Positions 1 through 9,302 of a DNA stretch of 17,013 nucleotides are shown one piece after another. Position 1 is the stretch's first letter. Each line of letters opens with the position of its first letter. The DNA is from a virus. Taxonomy: Duplodnaviria > Heunggongvirae > Uroviricota > Caudoviricetes. The notes below the pieces were generated by a model. The model was not told where the DNA came from. It worked only from the letters and a program-made list of their open reading frames with translations, and did no database searches. The stretch lies in IMG/VR virus record IMGVR_UViG_2740892232_000002. The stretch is one strand, 5' to 3'. The translations under genes were made by a program, and so were the position numbers.

Positions 1-75
1 TTTGAGCTGAATAGTACAGTTCTGTATTGGTTTTCCTGCACCGTCTTTCAGCACGCCTGAAATCTGTACTGCCAT
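1..75 (-). CDS. stf: Side tail fibre protein (Stf-like), N-terminal 25 codons only; gene continues beyond window start
   Basis: Minus-strand translation from ATG at 75..73 reads MAVQISGVLKDGAGKPIQNCTIQLK, matching the conserved N-terminus of lambda Stf / E. coli prophage side tail fibres (MAVKISGVLKDG.GKP.QNCTIQLK) as I recall it. GGAG Shine-Dalgarno about 7 nt upstream. Truncated by window edge. Confidence 0.7.
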   Translation of the reverse strand, partial: MAVQISGVLKDGAGKPIQNCTIQLK

Positions 76-90
76 ATTCACTCCACAAAT

Positions 91-116
91 AAAAAAGGCG
101 CCATTTCTGGCGCCCG
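91..116 (-). terminator. Putative intrinsic terminator or hairpin downstream of J: GGCGCC stem (97-102 / 109-114), 6-nt loop, then T-tract on minus strand
   Basis: Seen in sequence: plus strand aaaaaaGGCGCCatttctGGCGCCcg; on the minus strand this is GGCGCC-AGAAAT-GGCGCC followed by TTTTTTATTTG. Lies 18 bp after the J stop, and the U-tract runs into the stf RBS. Confidence 0.5.
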
Positions 117-133
117 TATTTGGGTTATAAAAT

Positions 134-3100
134 TCAACTGATACTGATACCGGCTGTTGATTTCTTCATCACGACAACAAGAAGGTCGCTGATACTGGTC
201 GTTGGCGTCCAGTTATTTGCACCATATGAAGAAACATTGAAAGTCAGGGTGACATGGCCGTGTCCCGCTGGCATATCAATGACGGATGAAAATACCCTGC
301 TGACATCCGTCGCGGGTTGCTGAAAGATTTCCTGTCCGTTCTTCAGTACCTGCAGCTTACAGGTTGAATACCAGTATGACTGTTGGTTGTTGCTGTTGAA
401 GTTTTCATGCTTACCACCGCGAAACAGAACGGGTGGGATTACTATCTGACGGTCAAAAGCCTGGTCATCGTACACAGTGACCGTTATTGTACCGCTGGCA
501 TAACTGCCATTTCTCGGAAAGGCTTTTCCCACCGTTTTGACAATATCACCTTCAATCTGGTTGGCAGACAGTTTTCCCAGAATCCGACAGTTCTGGTTAA
601 TCGTGACATTATTGAGCGTCCCTGAGTTCGCATTCACGTTACCGCTGATATCGGCATTTTTCGCCGTCAACCGCCCGTCCGGTGTCAGGGAAAATACCGG
701 CGGATTGCCGCCGCTGGTAATGGTGGGAGCCGTCAGATACTTCAGGAACACTTCGTTCATGAATATCTGGTTGCCCTGCGCCACAAACATCGGCGTTTCA
801 TTCCCGTTTGCCGGGTCAATAAACGCGATACGGTTAGCGGCAACCAGGAACTGGCTCAGTTTGCCTTCCTCCGTATCCTCCATGCTGAGGCCAATACCCG
901 CGACATAATGCCTGCCGTCTTCGGTCTGCTCAATTTTGACGCCCCACATGGCATTCCATTTATCGTTGGCGTCTTTCCACTCTTTCGAAAACTCCTCCAG
1001 TTTGCTGGCGTTATCCTCCGTCAGCTCGACTTTTTCCAGCAGCTCCTTGCCGAGATGGGATTCAGTTATCTGGCCTTTGAAAAAATCCAGATAGCCGGAA
1101 GCATCATCGCTCGCCTGACCGACAGCCTCCACGAATGCCGATTTGCCAACAGTATTCACACTGCGGATATAAAAATAATAATCATGGCCCGGCTTAATAT
1201 TGATACTGGCAGCTATCCAGTACAGCGCCGTGCCAAGATAGCGGGCTGTGGTTTCAACCTGCCTGATATCGGTAATCCGCTTTTCCGAGAACCAGAATTC
1301 AAACTGTACCGTCGGGTCATAAACGGCAAGATGCGGCGTGGCGGTTATCTGAAAATAGCCCGGCGTCAGATCAATCCTCGACGGTGCTGCCGGTGCGGCA
1401 ATCCGGAACGATACCGACGCCGGATCGCCCTGCTGCCCCCACGCATTTACCGCCCGGACTGTCAGCGTGTACCGCCCCAGCGCCAGTTGCGTGAAGCGGT
1501 ATGTGGTTTCCGTCGTCCGGGCCGTGCTGACCAGCCGCTCACTGCCGTCATCCGCTGCCACGGTCAGGCGAAGCATAAAGCTCACCCCCTTCACCACCTT
1601 CGGCGTGTCCCAGCGCGCCAGCACCTGATATTCCCCGCTGTCTGCGGTGACTTCGGCAGTCAGGTGCTGCACCGCTGGCGGCGTGACACCATTCACCGTG
1701 CCGCTCTGGTCGCCGTCAAAGTGCGCCCCGTTATCCACGATGGCCTCTTTTTCCGGTACATGCTGCACGGCAGTGATGGCATACGTGCCGTCATCGTTCT
1801 CACGGATACTCACGCAGCGGAACAGGCGCTGGCGCAACGTCGGCAACTTCAGCCCCCACACGCTGTATCCGGCAACGCCGTCAGGAACCCGGCTCACTTT
1901 TACCTTCACGCCGTCGGTGACGGACTGGACCTCCACGCTGACCGGATTGCCGCTTCCGTCAACCAGGCTTATCAGCGTGGTACCGGAGGATGGCAGAGTG
2001 ATTTCACGGTCGAGCGTCAGCGTCCGGGTCTGGCTGTTCACCGCCAGCACGCGCCCGCCGATGCTGATACCCGCATAGTCATCATCGCAGATTTCAATAA
2101 CATCGCCCGGCACATGGCGAAGCCCTTCTGCGCCCACGCTGAAATCCACGGTCTGCGTTTCCAGCAGTTCCGTTTTAATCAGCCACAGCCCGGCTCGGTG
2201 TGCCTGCCCCCGACTGGTACAGCCAAAGGCATCCATCTTCGTGACGTTACGACCGTAACGGGCAATGGCCTGCGTGTCCTCCACAAGCTCTGTCGCCGTC
2301 TCCCAGCCGTTATCCGGGTCAATCCAGTTCACCTCAACGGCATTATGGCGGTCCTTCAGGGCGCTGAAACTGTAGCGGAACGGCGCGCCATCATCCGGCA
2401 TCACCACATTACTGCGGTTATAGGTCCACACCTTATCCGACGGTCGGTCCTGCACGAACGTCAGCGTCTGCCCGTTCCATACCGGCATACAGCGCATCGC
2501 CGAGCAGAAATCACTGAGCACATCCCACGCCTTGCGCTGTGTGGTCAGGTACGCATTACAGGTGATGCGCGGCTCCGTGCCGCCAAAGCCGTCCGGCACT
2601 GACTGGTCGCAGTACTGGCCGATGACATACAGCGCCCATTTGTCCACATCCGCCGCACCAAGACGTTTCCCCATGCCGTAGCGTGGATGGGTCAGCATAT
2701 CCCACAGACACCAGGCCATGTTATTGCTGTATGCTGGCTTAAACGTTCCGTCCCAGATACCGCTGTATTGCCGAGTCTGCGGGTTATAGTTCGACGGCAC
2801 CTGCAGAATACGCCCGCGCAGATGATAATTACGGCTCACCTGCTGGCTGCCGAACTGCTCCGAATCCACCTGTACGCCGACCAGTGCCGTGTTCGGGTAG
2901 CACTGTTTCACATCGATGATTTCGGTGTATGACGACCAGAGCGTTTTGTTCTGCAGCTGGTCTGTGGTGCTGTCCGGCGTCATCCTGCGCATCCGGATAT
3001 TGAACGGGCGCGGCGGCAGGTTATCCACCACCACCGAGGCCAGATACTGCGAGGTGGTTTTGCCCTTAATGGTGATGTCTTTTTCCGTCACCCAGCCACC

Positions 3101-3532
3101 ATTACGCTGTATCTGAACCAGCAGGCGGACTTCCGATGGATTCCTGTCCCCCTTTGAGGTGGTTTCCACCAGTGCCTGCACGCCGAAAGTAAAACGCAGA
3201 CGGTCAATGTTTGCCGACGTGATGGTCCGGGTGATCGGCGTGTCATATTTCACTTCTGTACCGAGCACCGTCTCGGAGCCGGAGGATTCAAATCCCTCCG
3301 GCGGTGTCTGCTCCTGCTCACCGGCCCGGAACACCACCGTGACGCCGGATATATTGGTATTCCCCTCACTGTCCAGCACCGGCGTACTGTTCAGCAGCAC
3401 GCTTTTTAATCCATCCACCGGACCTTCAACCGGCCCTTCGCTGATGGCATCGATCACACTCAGCAGCTGCGTGGACTTCAGGTTGTCCTTCGCTTCGCGC
3501 GGGGTATGCCCCTTACTGCTGCCTTTACCCAT
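134..3532 (-). CDS. J: Tail tip / host specificity protein J (central tail fibre), 1132 aa
   Basis: Full-length ORF with ATG at 3532..3530. The N-terminus [41 protein letters not shown] and the 1132-aa length match lambda gpJ. Position immediately downstream of I with a 60-bp spacer, as in lambda. Confidence 0.95.
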   Translation of the reverse strand: MGKGSSKGHTPREAKDNLKSTQLLSVIDAISEGPVEGPVDGLKSVLLNSTPVLDSEGNTNISGVTVVFRAGEQEQTPPEGFESSGSETVLGTEVKYDTPITRTITSANIDRLRFTFGVQALVETTSKGDRNPSEVRLLVQIQRNGGWVTEKDITIKGKTTSQYLASVVVDNLPPRPFNIRMRRMTPDSTTDQLQNKTLWSSYTEIIDVKQCYPNTALVGVQVDSEQFGSQQVSRNYHLRGRILQVPSNYNPQTRQYSGIWDGTFKPAYSNNMAWCLWDMLTHPRYGMGKRLGAADVDKWALYVIGQYCDQSVPDGFGGTEPRITCNAYLTTQRKAWDVLSDFCSAMRCMPVWNGQTLTFVQDRPSDKVWTYNRSNVVMPDDGAPFRYSFSALKDRHNAVEVNWIDPDNGWETATELVEDTQAIARYGRNVTKMDAFGCTSRGQAHRAGLWLIKTELLETQTVDFSVGAEGLRHVPGDVIEICDDDYAGISIGGRVLAVNSQTRTLTLDREITLPSSGTTLISLVDGSGNPVSVEVQSVTDGVKVKVSRVPDGVAGYSVWGLKLPTLRQRLFRCVSIRENDDGTYAITAVQHVPEKEAIVDNGAHFDGDQSGTVNGVTPPAVQHLTAEVTADSGEYQVLARWDTPKVVKGVSFMLRLTVAADDGSERLVSTARTTETTYRFTQLALGRYTLTVRAVNAWGQQGDPASVSFRIAAPAAPSRIDLTPGYFQITATPHLAVYDPTVQFEFWFSEKRITDIRQVETTARYLGTALYWIAASINIKPGHDYYFYIRSVNTVGKSAFVEAVGQASDDASGYLDFFKGQITESHLGKELLEKVELTEDNASKLEEFSKEWKDANDKWNAMWGVKIEQTEDGRHYVAGIGLSMEDTEEGKLSQFLVAANRIAFIDPANGNETPMFVAQGNQIFMNEVFLKYLTAPTITSGGNPPVFSLTPDGRLTAKNADISGNVNANSGTLNNVTINQNCRILGKLSANQIEGDIVKTVGKAFPRNGSYASGTITVTVYDDQAFDRQIVIPPVLFRGGKHENFNSNNQQSYWYSTCKLQVLKNGQEIFQQPATDVSRVFSSVIDMPAGHGHVTLTFNVSSYGANNWTPTTSISDLLVVVMKKSTAGISIS

Positions 3533-3554
3533 TCGTCATGCTCCATAAACGATA

Positions 3555-3574
3555 AAACCGCCCGGAGGCGGTTT
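3555..3574 (-). promoter_or_regulatory. Intergenic hairpin between I and J (8-bp stem AAACCGCC / GGCGGTTT, 4-nt loop) upstream of the J RBS
   Basis: Seen in sequence: perfect inverted repeat aaaccgcc-cgga-ggcggttt. On the sense (minus) strand it is followed by UAUCGUUUAUGGAG and then the J start codon. Confidence 0.45.
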
Positions 3575-3592
3575 CACATAAAACATTTTGCA

Positions 3593-4234
3593 TCAGCGAC
3601 CAATCACCACAACCTGACCACCATCCCCTTCGTCTGCCGTGCTGATCTCCTGAGAAACCACGCGTGACCCCACGCGCATTTCACCGTACAGAACAGGCAG
3701 AACATTGCCCTGGGCAACCATGTTATCCAGTGAGGAGAAATAGGTGTTCTGCTTACCGTTATCCGTTGTCTGTGTACGGGGAGTTCTGGCTTTCGGTGCC
3801 AGCATCTGTGCAACACCACCCAGTGTCATACTGGCACCGAGAGAAAACAGCAGATTACTCGCCATTATTCCTACCCCCGGCATCCATATAGCAACCGCCA
3901 TAACAGCAGCTCCCAGCACTACCTGAAACACACCGCCACTTTTGGCTCCTGCCAGACGCGGCACGATGTGGATCACTGCTCCATTCGCCAGCGGTTCATT
4001 AAGACGAGCTGATAATTCGGTTTCACCTGCATCACGCCCGGCAATCCGTATCTGATACCAGCCCTCATTCAGTTTCTGACGAAACGCCGGGAGCTGTGTG
4101 GCCAGCGCCCGGATGGCTTCAGCCCCCGTTTTCACACGAAGGTCGATGCGGCGGCCAAATCGTTGTAAATCCCCGTAAAGGCAGATGCGTGCCATGCCCG
4201 GTGACGCCAGAGGGAGTGTGTGCGTCGCTGCCAT
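3593..4234 (-). CDS. I: Tail tip assembly protein I (ubiquitin-like N-terminus), 213 aa
   Basis: ORF starts at ATG 4234..4232 with MAATHTLPLASPGMARICLYGDLQRFGRRIDLRVKTGAEAIRALATQLPAFRQKL, matching lambda gpI. Overlaps the K 3' end by 103 bp in another frame, the same arrangement as lambda K/I. Confidence 0.9.
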   Translation of the reverse strand: MAATHTLPLASPGMARICLYGDLQRFGRRIDLRVKTGAEAIRALATQLPAFRQKLNEGWYQIRIAGRDAGETELSARLNEPLANGAVIHIVPRLAGAKSGGVFQVVLGAAVMAVAIWMPGVGIMASNLLFSLGASMTLGGVAQMLAPKARTPRTQTTDNGKQNTYFSSLDNMVAQGNVLPVLYGEMRVGSRVVSQEISTADEGDGGQVVVIGR

Positions 4235-4875
4235 TTGTCGGTATACCTCTCTCGTTTGCTCAGTTGTTCAGGAATATGGTGCAGCAGCTCGCCGTCACCA
4301 CAGTAAATGGCGGCATGATTCGGCACCGATGAACCAAAACAGCACAGCAGCACATCGCCCGGCTGCGCCGCTGACAACGGCACCTGATACAGCCCTGTGG
4401 CCTCCAGATTATCCAGATAGAGATTCTGACCGTGACGCCACCAGTCATCCCCGCGATGAAAATCCGGCATCTCAATCCCCGCCAGATGATAAGCATCCCG
4501 GAACAGCGTGTAACAGTCCGTCACCCCGTGCTCAAAGCGCCGCCCGGTGAGATGCGGCACACAGCGGAACTTATGAATCGCCCCCCGGCAAACCAGCCAC
4601 CACGGCAAATCACTCTGCACCTGCAGCCGCCGGTCAGCCTCACTCAGCCAGGGCAGACCACCGGGGTGGCTGTGGACCAGCGCCACAATCTCACCCTGCA
4701 TTTCTGCCTGCAGCCAGTCCTCCGGAGCCATCCGGAAATACTCCTCCGGCTCACCGGAGATATTCACGCAGGGGAAATATCTTTCCCCCTCCGGCGTGCT
4801 TACCACGAAGCCGCACGACTCCGCTGGCGCACATCGCCGGGCGTGCGCCAGAATCGCTGATTCTGTCTCTGTCAT
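4132..4875 (-). CDS. K: Tail tip assembly protein K (MPN/JAMM domain plus NlpC/P60 cysteine peptidase domain), 247 aa from ATG 4875
   Basis: Translation MTETESAILAHARRCAPAESCGFVV... contains a JAMM motif (HSHPGGLPWLSEAD, i.e. HxHx7Sx2D) and NlpC/P60-like Cys/His residues (TDCYTLFRDAY ... NHAAIYCGDGELLHHIP). ATG at 4875 sits 4 nt after the L stop. The supplied ORF track starts at a TTG at 4917 that would overlap L by 38 bp; I prefer the ATG. Confidence 0.85.
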   Translation of the reverse strand: MTETESAILAHARRCAPAESCGFVVSTPEGERYFPCVNISGEPEEYFRMAPEDWLQAEMQGEIVALVHSHPGGLPWLSEADRRLQVQSDLPWWLVCRGAIHKFRCVPHLTGRRFEHGVTDCYTLFRDAYHLAGIEMPDFHRGDDWWRHGQNLYLDNLEATGLYQVPLSAAQPGDVLLCCFGSSVPNHAAIYCGDGELLHHIPEQLSKRERYTDKWQRRTHSLWRHRAWHASAFTGIYNDLAAASTFV

Positions 4876-4879
4876 GGGA

Positions 4880-5578
4880 TTACTGCGAAAGTTTGTTAAT
4901 GGAAAGGAAGCCGCCAAAGTTGCCGACGTTATTGCGGAACTTACAACCGCTCAGGCATTTGCTGCATTTATCCTTCGTGATATCGGACGTTGGCTGGTCA
5001 TATTCATCCGCGACCGCCGGACCGTGATAACCGCACTCATCGCCGCGATAGGTCCAGGTGCAGGTGTTGGCCAGCATGATACGTCCCGGAAAAACAGCGC
5101 CGTCCGTTTCCGTCGGTGTGGACAACACAAAGGAGGCACTGACCGCACTCAGTTCGCTGCACTGCTCGATGCGCCAGCGGCTGATCACCTCCTGCTCCGG
5201 ATCGGCGTCGCTGTTTCCGTTGACGAAGTTCACCGCATCCAGAAAACGGGCGTAAACCTTACGCCTGACCACCGTTCCGCCGACCAGACTCTGCAGGTCT
5301 TCCGCCATCCCCGTGACCATGCCGTGCAGGTTAGAAACCGTCAGTGTCGGACGGGCAGCACTGCCCTTGCCGTTCATCTCAAATCCACTCCCCTGAATGG
5401 GATAGGCCTGATACTGCCGACTCTGCCAGGTGACAGACTCTCCTTTCTCGTTCTGCTCATTGCAGAAAAAGTAGCGATCCCCGCCTACCTCGGTCAGGTC
5501 GATTTCCCAGAGCACCACGCTGGCCGACTGCTCCGCACGGGTGCATTCATTCAGTGTTTCCTGCCGGATATCCTGCAT
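4880..5578 (-). CDS. L: Tail tip protein L, 232 aa
   Basis: ORF MQDIRQETLNECTRAEQSASVVLWEIDLTEVGGDRYFFCNEQNEKGESVTWQSRQYQAY... matches lambda gpL in sequence and length. ATGA overlap with the M stop. Confidence 0.93.
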   Translation of the reverse strand: MQDIRQETLNECTRAEQSASVVLWEIDLTEVGGDRYFFCNEQNEKGESVTWQSRQYQAYPIQGSGFEMNGKGSAARPTLTVSNLHGMVTGMAEDLQSLVGGTVVRRKVYARFLDAVNFVNGNSDADPEQEVISRWRIEQCSELSAVSASFVLSTPTETDGAVFPGRIMLANTCTWTYRGDECGYHGPAVADEYDQPTSDITKDKCSKCLSGCKFRNNVGNFGGFLSINKLSQ

Positions 5579-5907
5579 CAGTTCACCACCTGTTTAAACT
5601 CTGCGCTGAACTCAACACGCAACATACTGACCTGCGACGACCATTTTGCGCAGGTCACCTTTATCTGCCTGTAACCATAAGGCGGCGTCCACAGAAAGGC
5701 CTTCCAGCCCCCGTGCTCAGCCAGAAACGACTCCAGCGCCGTGGCCTCCTCACGGGAGACAGACAGCGTCACGCTGTACGTTTTCAGGTCAGCGTTCAGC
5801 CCGGCAGGCGCACGCTGGGAATAGCCATCACCAAAGCGCACCTCCCTGACGGAAGGAGCCGATGTCACATCCATACCGGGTTTCACTTTCCAGCGGAAGG
5901 TCTTCAT
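5578..5907 (-). CDS. M: Tail tip protein M, 109 aa
   Basis: ORF MKTFRWKVKPGMDVTSAPSVREVRFGDGYSQRAPAGLNADLKTYSVTLSV... matches lambda gpM; 109 aa. ATGA overlap with the H stop. Confidence 0.93.
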   Translation of the reverse strand: MKTFRWKVKPGMDVTSAPSVREVRFGDGYSQRAPAGLNADLKTYSVTLSVSREEATALESFLAEHGGWKAFLWTPPYGYRQIKVTCAKWSSQVSMLRVEFSAEFKQVVN

Positions 5908-8465
5908 CGTCCACCTCCGGAGAACAGGCCACCATCACGCATCTGTGTCTGAATTTCATCACGGGCACCCTTGCGGGCCATGTCATACACCGCCTTCAGA
6001 GCAGCCGGACCTATCTGCCCGTTCGTGCCGTCGTTGTTAATCACCACATGGTTATTCTGCTCAAACGTCCCGGACGCCTGCGACCGGCTGTCAGCCAGAC
6101 TGCCCGGTGTACCGACATAACCACCGGTGGCATAGCCGCGCATCAGCCGGTAGAGATTCCCCACGCCAATCCGGCTGGTTGCCTCCTTCGTGAAGACAAA
6201 TTCACCACGGTGAACAATCCCCGCTGGCTCATATTTGCCGCCGGTTCCTGTGAATCCTCCGGTTGCAAAATGGAATTTCGCCGCAGCGGCCTGAATGGCT
6301 GTACCGCCTGACGCGGATGCGCCGCCACCAACAGCCCCGCCAATGGCGCTGCCGATACTCCCGACAATCCCCACCATTGCCTGCTTAAGCAGAATTTCTG
6401 TCATCATGGACAGCACGGAACGGGTGAAGCTGCGCCAGTTCTGCTCACTGCCGGTCAGCATCGCTGCCATATTCTGTGCAATACCATCAAAGGTCTGCGT
6501 GGCTGCACTTTTTACCTGCGACATACTGTCCGTGGCGCTCTCTTCCCACTCACTCCAGCCGGACTTCAGGCCTGCCATCCAGCTCCCGCGAAGCTGGTCT
6601 TCAGCCGCCCAGGTCTTTTTCTGCTCTGACATGACGTTATTCAGCGCCAGCGGATTATCGCCATACTGTTCCTTCAGGCGCTGTTCCGTGGCTTCCCGTT
6701 CTGCCTGCCGGTCAGTCAGCCCCCGGCTTTTCGCATCAATGGCGGCCCGTTTTGCCCGTTGCTGCTGTGCGAATTTATCCGCCTGCTGCGCCAGCGCGTT
6801 CAGGCGCTCCTGATACGTAACCTTGTCGCCAAGTGCAGCCAGCTGGCGTTTGTACTCCAGCGTCTCATCTTTATGCGCCAGCAGGGATTTCTCCTGTGCA
6901 GACAGCTGGCGACGTTGCGCCGCCTCCTCCAGTACCGCGAACTGACTCTCCGCCTTCCACAAATCCCGGCGCTGCTGGCTGATTTTCTCATTCGCTCCGG
7001 CATGCTTCTCCAGCGTCCGGAGTTCTGCCTGAAGCGTCAGCAGGGCAGCATGAGCACTGTCTTCCTGACGATCGCCCGCAGACACCTTCACGCCGGACTG
7101 TTTCGGCTTTTTCAGCGTCGCTTCATAATCCTTTTTCGCCGCCGCCATCAGCGTGTTGTAATCTGCCTGCAGGATTTTCCCGTCTTTCAGTGCCTTGTTC
7201 AGTTCTTCCTGACGGGCGGTATATTTCTCCAGCGGCGTCTGCAGCCGTTTGTAAGCCTTCTGCGCCTCTTCGGTATATTTCAGCCGTGACGCTTCGGTAT
7301 CGCTCTGCTGCTGCGCATTTTTGTCCTGTTGAGTCTGCTGCTCAGCCTTCTTTCGGGCGGCTTCAAGCGCAAGACGGGCCTTTTCACGATCATCCCAGTA
7401 ACGCGCCCGCGCTTCATCGTTAACAAAATAATCATCCTTGCGCAGATTCCAGATGTCGTCTGCTTTCTTAAACGCAGCCTCTGCCTTAATCAGCATCTCC
7501 TGCGCGGTATCAGGACGACCAATATCCAGCACCGCATCCCACATGGATTTGAAGGCCCGCGCAGTCCTGTCTGCCCAGGTCTCCAGCGTGCCCATGTTCT
7601 CTTTCAGGCGGCGGGTCTGGTCATCAAACCCTTTCGTTGCGGCCTCGTTCGCCGCCTGCAATGCCCCGGCTTCATCGCCGGAACGCTGCAACTGAGCAAC
7701 ATACGCAATCTGCTCCGCCGTCACGTTATGGAACTGGCGTGCCATCGCCGTCAGCCCCGACGTCGGGTCTGTGGTCAGCTTCCCGAAGGCTTCAGCGACC
7801 TTGTCCACCTCCACGCTGGATGCAGAGGAGAAACGCGCCACACTCTGGCTGATGGACGCAATCTGAGCCTCACCGCTTACCCCCGCCTTAACCAGTGCGC
7901 TGAGTGACTCGCTGGTCTGGTCAAACGTCAGCCCTGCCGCCTGCCCGGCTCTGGACAGGACCAGCATGCGATCTGCCGTCAGCCCCGACTGATTGCCGGA
8001 AAGGACCAGCGTTTTGTTGAAATCGGACAGGGTTGAGTTGCCCTGATACCAGGCATACGCCAGCGCACCGGTCGCCACCGCCAGCGAGGTGGCCCCGACC
8101 ATCGGCAGGGTGAGCGCACCGGCAAGCCCCCTGAACATGGGGATCATCCCGCCGAAGGAGTCCTTCACCTGACCACCCTGTTGCAGCAGGATCAGCCACG
8201 GACTTTGCCCGCCTGCAAGCTGCGTGGCCACGTCAGTGAACTGCGCAGGCAGCATACGCATGGCAGCTTTATACTGCCCGACGGAAATCCCCGCTTTCTG
8301 TGCAGCCAGCGCCTGTCGGCTCAGCGACTGTTCAACGACTGCCGCTGTTTTTTTCGCATCACTTTCCGTACCGGAAAAATGACGCCTGACTCTGGCCATC
8401 TGCTCGTCAAATCTGGCCGCATCCAGACTCAAATCAACGACCAGATCGCCTACCGGTTCAGCCAT
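5904..8465 (-). CDS. H: Tail tape measure protein H, 853 aa
   Basis: 853-aa ORF with coiled-coil-rich middle (long runs of A/E/K/Q/R) and glycine-rich C-terminal segment, typical of tape measure proteins. N-terminus MAEPVGDLVVDLSLDAARFDEQMARVRRHF matches lambda gpH, and the length equals lambda H. Confidence 0.95.
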   Translation of the reverse strand: MAEPVGDLVVDLSLDAARFDEQMARVRRHFSGTESDAKKTAAVVEQSLSRQALAAQKAGISVGQYKAAMRMLPAQFTDVATQLAGGQSPWLILLQQGGQVKDSFGGMIPMFRGLAGALTLPMVGATSLAVATGALAYAWYQGNSTLSDFNKTLVLSGNQSGLTADRMLVLSRAGQAAGLTFDQTSESLSALVKAGVSGEAQIASISQSVARFSSASSVEVDKVAEAFGKLTTDPTSGLTAMARQFHNVTAEQIAYVAQLQRSGDEAGALQAANEAATKGFDDQTRRLKENMGTLETWADRTARAFKSMWDAVLDIGRPDTAQEMLIKAEAAFKKADDIWNLRKDDYFVNDEARARYWDDREKARLALEAARKKAEQQTQQDKNAQQQSDTEASRLKYTEEAQKAYKRLQTPLEKYTARQEELNKALKDGKILQADYNTLMAAAKKDYEATLKKPKQSGVKVSAGDRQEDSAHAALLTLQAELRTLEKHAGANEKISQQRRDLWKAESQFAVLEEAAQRRQLSAQEKSLLAHKDETLEYKRQLAALGDKVTYQERLNALAQQADKFAQQQRAKRAAIDAKSRGLTDRQAEREATEQRLKEQYGDNPLALNNVMSEQKKTWAAEDQLRGSWMAGLKSGWSEWEESATDSMSQVKSAATQTFDGIAQNMAAMLTGSEQNWRSFTRSVLSMMTEILLKQAMVGIVGSIGSAIGGAVGGGASASGGTAIQAAAAKFHFATGGFTGTGGKYEPAGIVHRGEFVFTKEATSRIGVGNLYRLMRGYATGGYVGTPGSLADSRSQASGTFEQNNHVVINNDGTNGQIGPAALKAVYDMARKGARDEIQTQMRDGGLFSGGGR

Positions 8466-9287
8466 ACCGGACTCCTCCTGCGATCCCTTCTGATACTGTC
8501 ATCAGCATTACGTCATCCTCCGTCATGTCCGCCACATCCGGGGAAGTAGGGATAACTTCATTCCCGTCCGGGCCAAAGCGGACACCTCCGGCAAGCCCTG
8601 CCGCTTTCTGCATCAGCACATCATCTTCAGGCTCTTCGTCAGCCTCGCGCCGGTTCAGCAGACTGAAATCCAGCGGATGCATATCCGGATCGCTGAAAAA
8701 CAGGCTGAGCACGGTGTACGTCAGCCCGGAAAAGTGCATATCCAGCAGAACATCATGAAAATAATGGGTACTGTAAAAACGGTGCCAGTCGGCATACTCC
8801 GTGGATGACATCCCGGCAAGCATGGCGCGCCAGTCGGGTCGCCCCATCTCACGCGCCAGTTTCAGGGCAAAACTCAGCTCACCGTCGAACACTTTCCCGC
8901 AGAAACAGGCTCTGCAGGCCCGGCGTCCTCTGCCTGTTCAGGGGCATTATTCACCACAAACTCATACATACCAGACAGCCGGTACACCACGTTTTCAGCA
9001 TGAGAAATTGCCTCTGTGGGCCAGGTGGTAAGCACTTCCTGCTCAATCTGTTTAACGGCTTCATTCATGGACGGCATCTGCGTCTTCTTCGGATGGTTAT
9101 GCCACAGAGACATCGCCACCACAAAAGCGCCGGTTCTGATGACGTCTTCCACAGTAAACTTCCGGTTACTGTCGGATTCTGCCTGCTGTTTCATCAGGGC
9201 GAGATGCTCAATACGCTGCAGGGCTGACAGTTCAGAAAGCGTGACGGTCACGCCGTTATATTCAAATGATTCGGTTTTCAGGAACAT
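8458..9287 (-). CDS. T: Tail assembly chaperone G-T fusion made by programmed -1 ribosomal frameshift (T part 8458..8892)
   Basis: T-frame ORF (VFDGELSFALKLAREMGRPDWRAMLAGMSSTEYADWHRFY...) has no plausible independent ATG and begins inside the G GGA AAG heptamer (minus strand, 8898..8892). This is the classic lambda G-T arrangement. The T stop overlaps the H start by 8 bp. Confidence 0.85.
8874..9287 (-). CDS. G: Tail assembly chaperone G, 137 aa
   Basis: ORF MFLKTESFEYNGVTVTLSELSALQRIEHLALMKQQAESDSNRKFTVEDVIRTGAF... matches lambda gpG. Ends ...SAGKCSTVS with the slippery heptamer GGGAAAG near its 3' end. Confidence 0.92.
   Translation of the reverse strand: MFLKTESFEYNGVTVTLSELSALQRIEHLALMKQQAESDSNRKFTVEDVIRTGAFVVAMSLWHNHPKKTQMPSMNEAVKQIEQEVLTTWPTEAISHAENVVYRLSGMYEFVVNNAPEQAEDAGPAEPVSAGKCSTVS
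8892..8898 (-). other. Programmed -1 frameshift slippery heptamer G_GGA_AAG in G
   Basis: Seen in sequence: plus strand ctttccc at 8892-8898 is GGGAAAG on the minus strand, in the G frame as GCG GGA AAG. After a -1 slip the reading continues GTG TTC GAC (V F D) into the T frame. Confidence 0.85.
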
Positions 9288-9302
9288 CGCTGACTCTCCG
9301 GA

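Noticed and set aside
908-2602. 564-aa plus-strand ORF (and others at 537-908, 1647-2078, 2687-3116) inside the J region
   Set aside because: These are antisense to J, whose identity and full length are very well supported. Their translations are low-complexity and R/P/H-rich, typical of stop-free antisense frames in GC-rich, codon-biased coding sequence. No start or RBS context examined supports them.
3604-3819. 71-aa minus-strand ORF nested inside I in another frame
   Set aside because: Fully contained in I out of frame; W/R/C-rich translation with no homology signal. Likely spurious.
4876-4917. K start at 4917 as given by the ORF track
   Set aside because: The codon at 4917-4915 is TTG and would overlap L by 38 bp. 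The ATG at 4875 directly after the L stop is the more conventional start.
4796-8549. Numerous plus-strand ORFs of 100-300 aa overlapping L, M and H (for example 4796-5674, 6295-6813, 6759-7289, 7329-7907)
   Set aside because: All are antisense to or out-of-frame with strongly supported minus-strand tail genes. Compositionally biased translations; no independent evidence.
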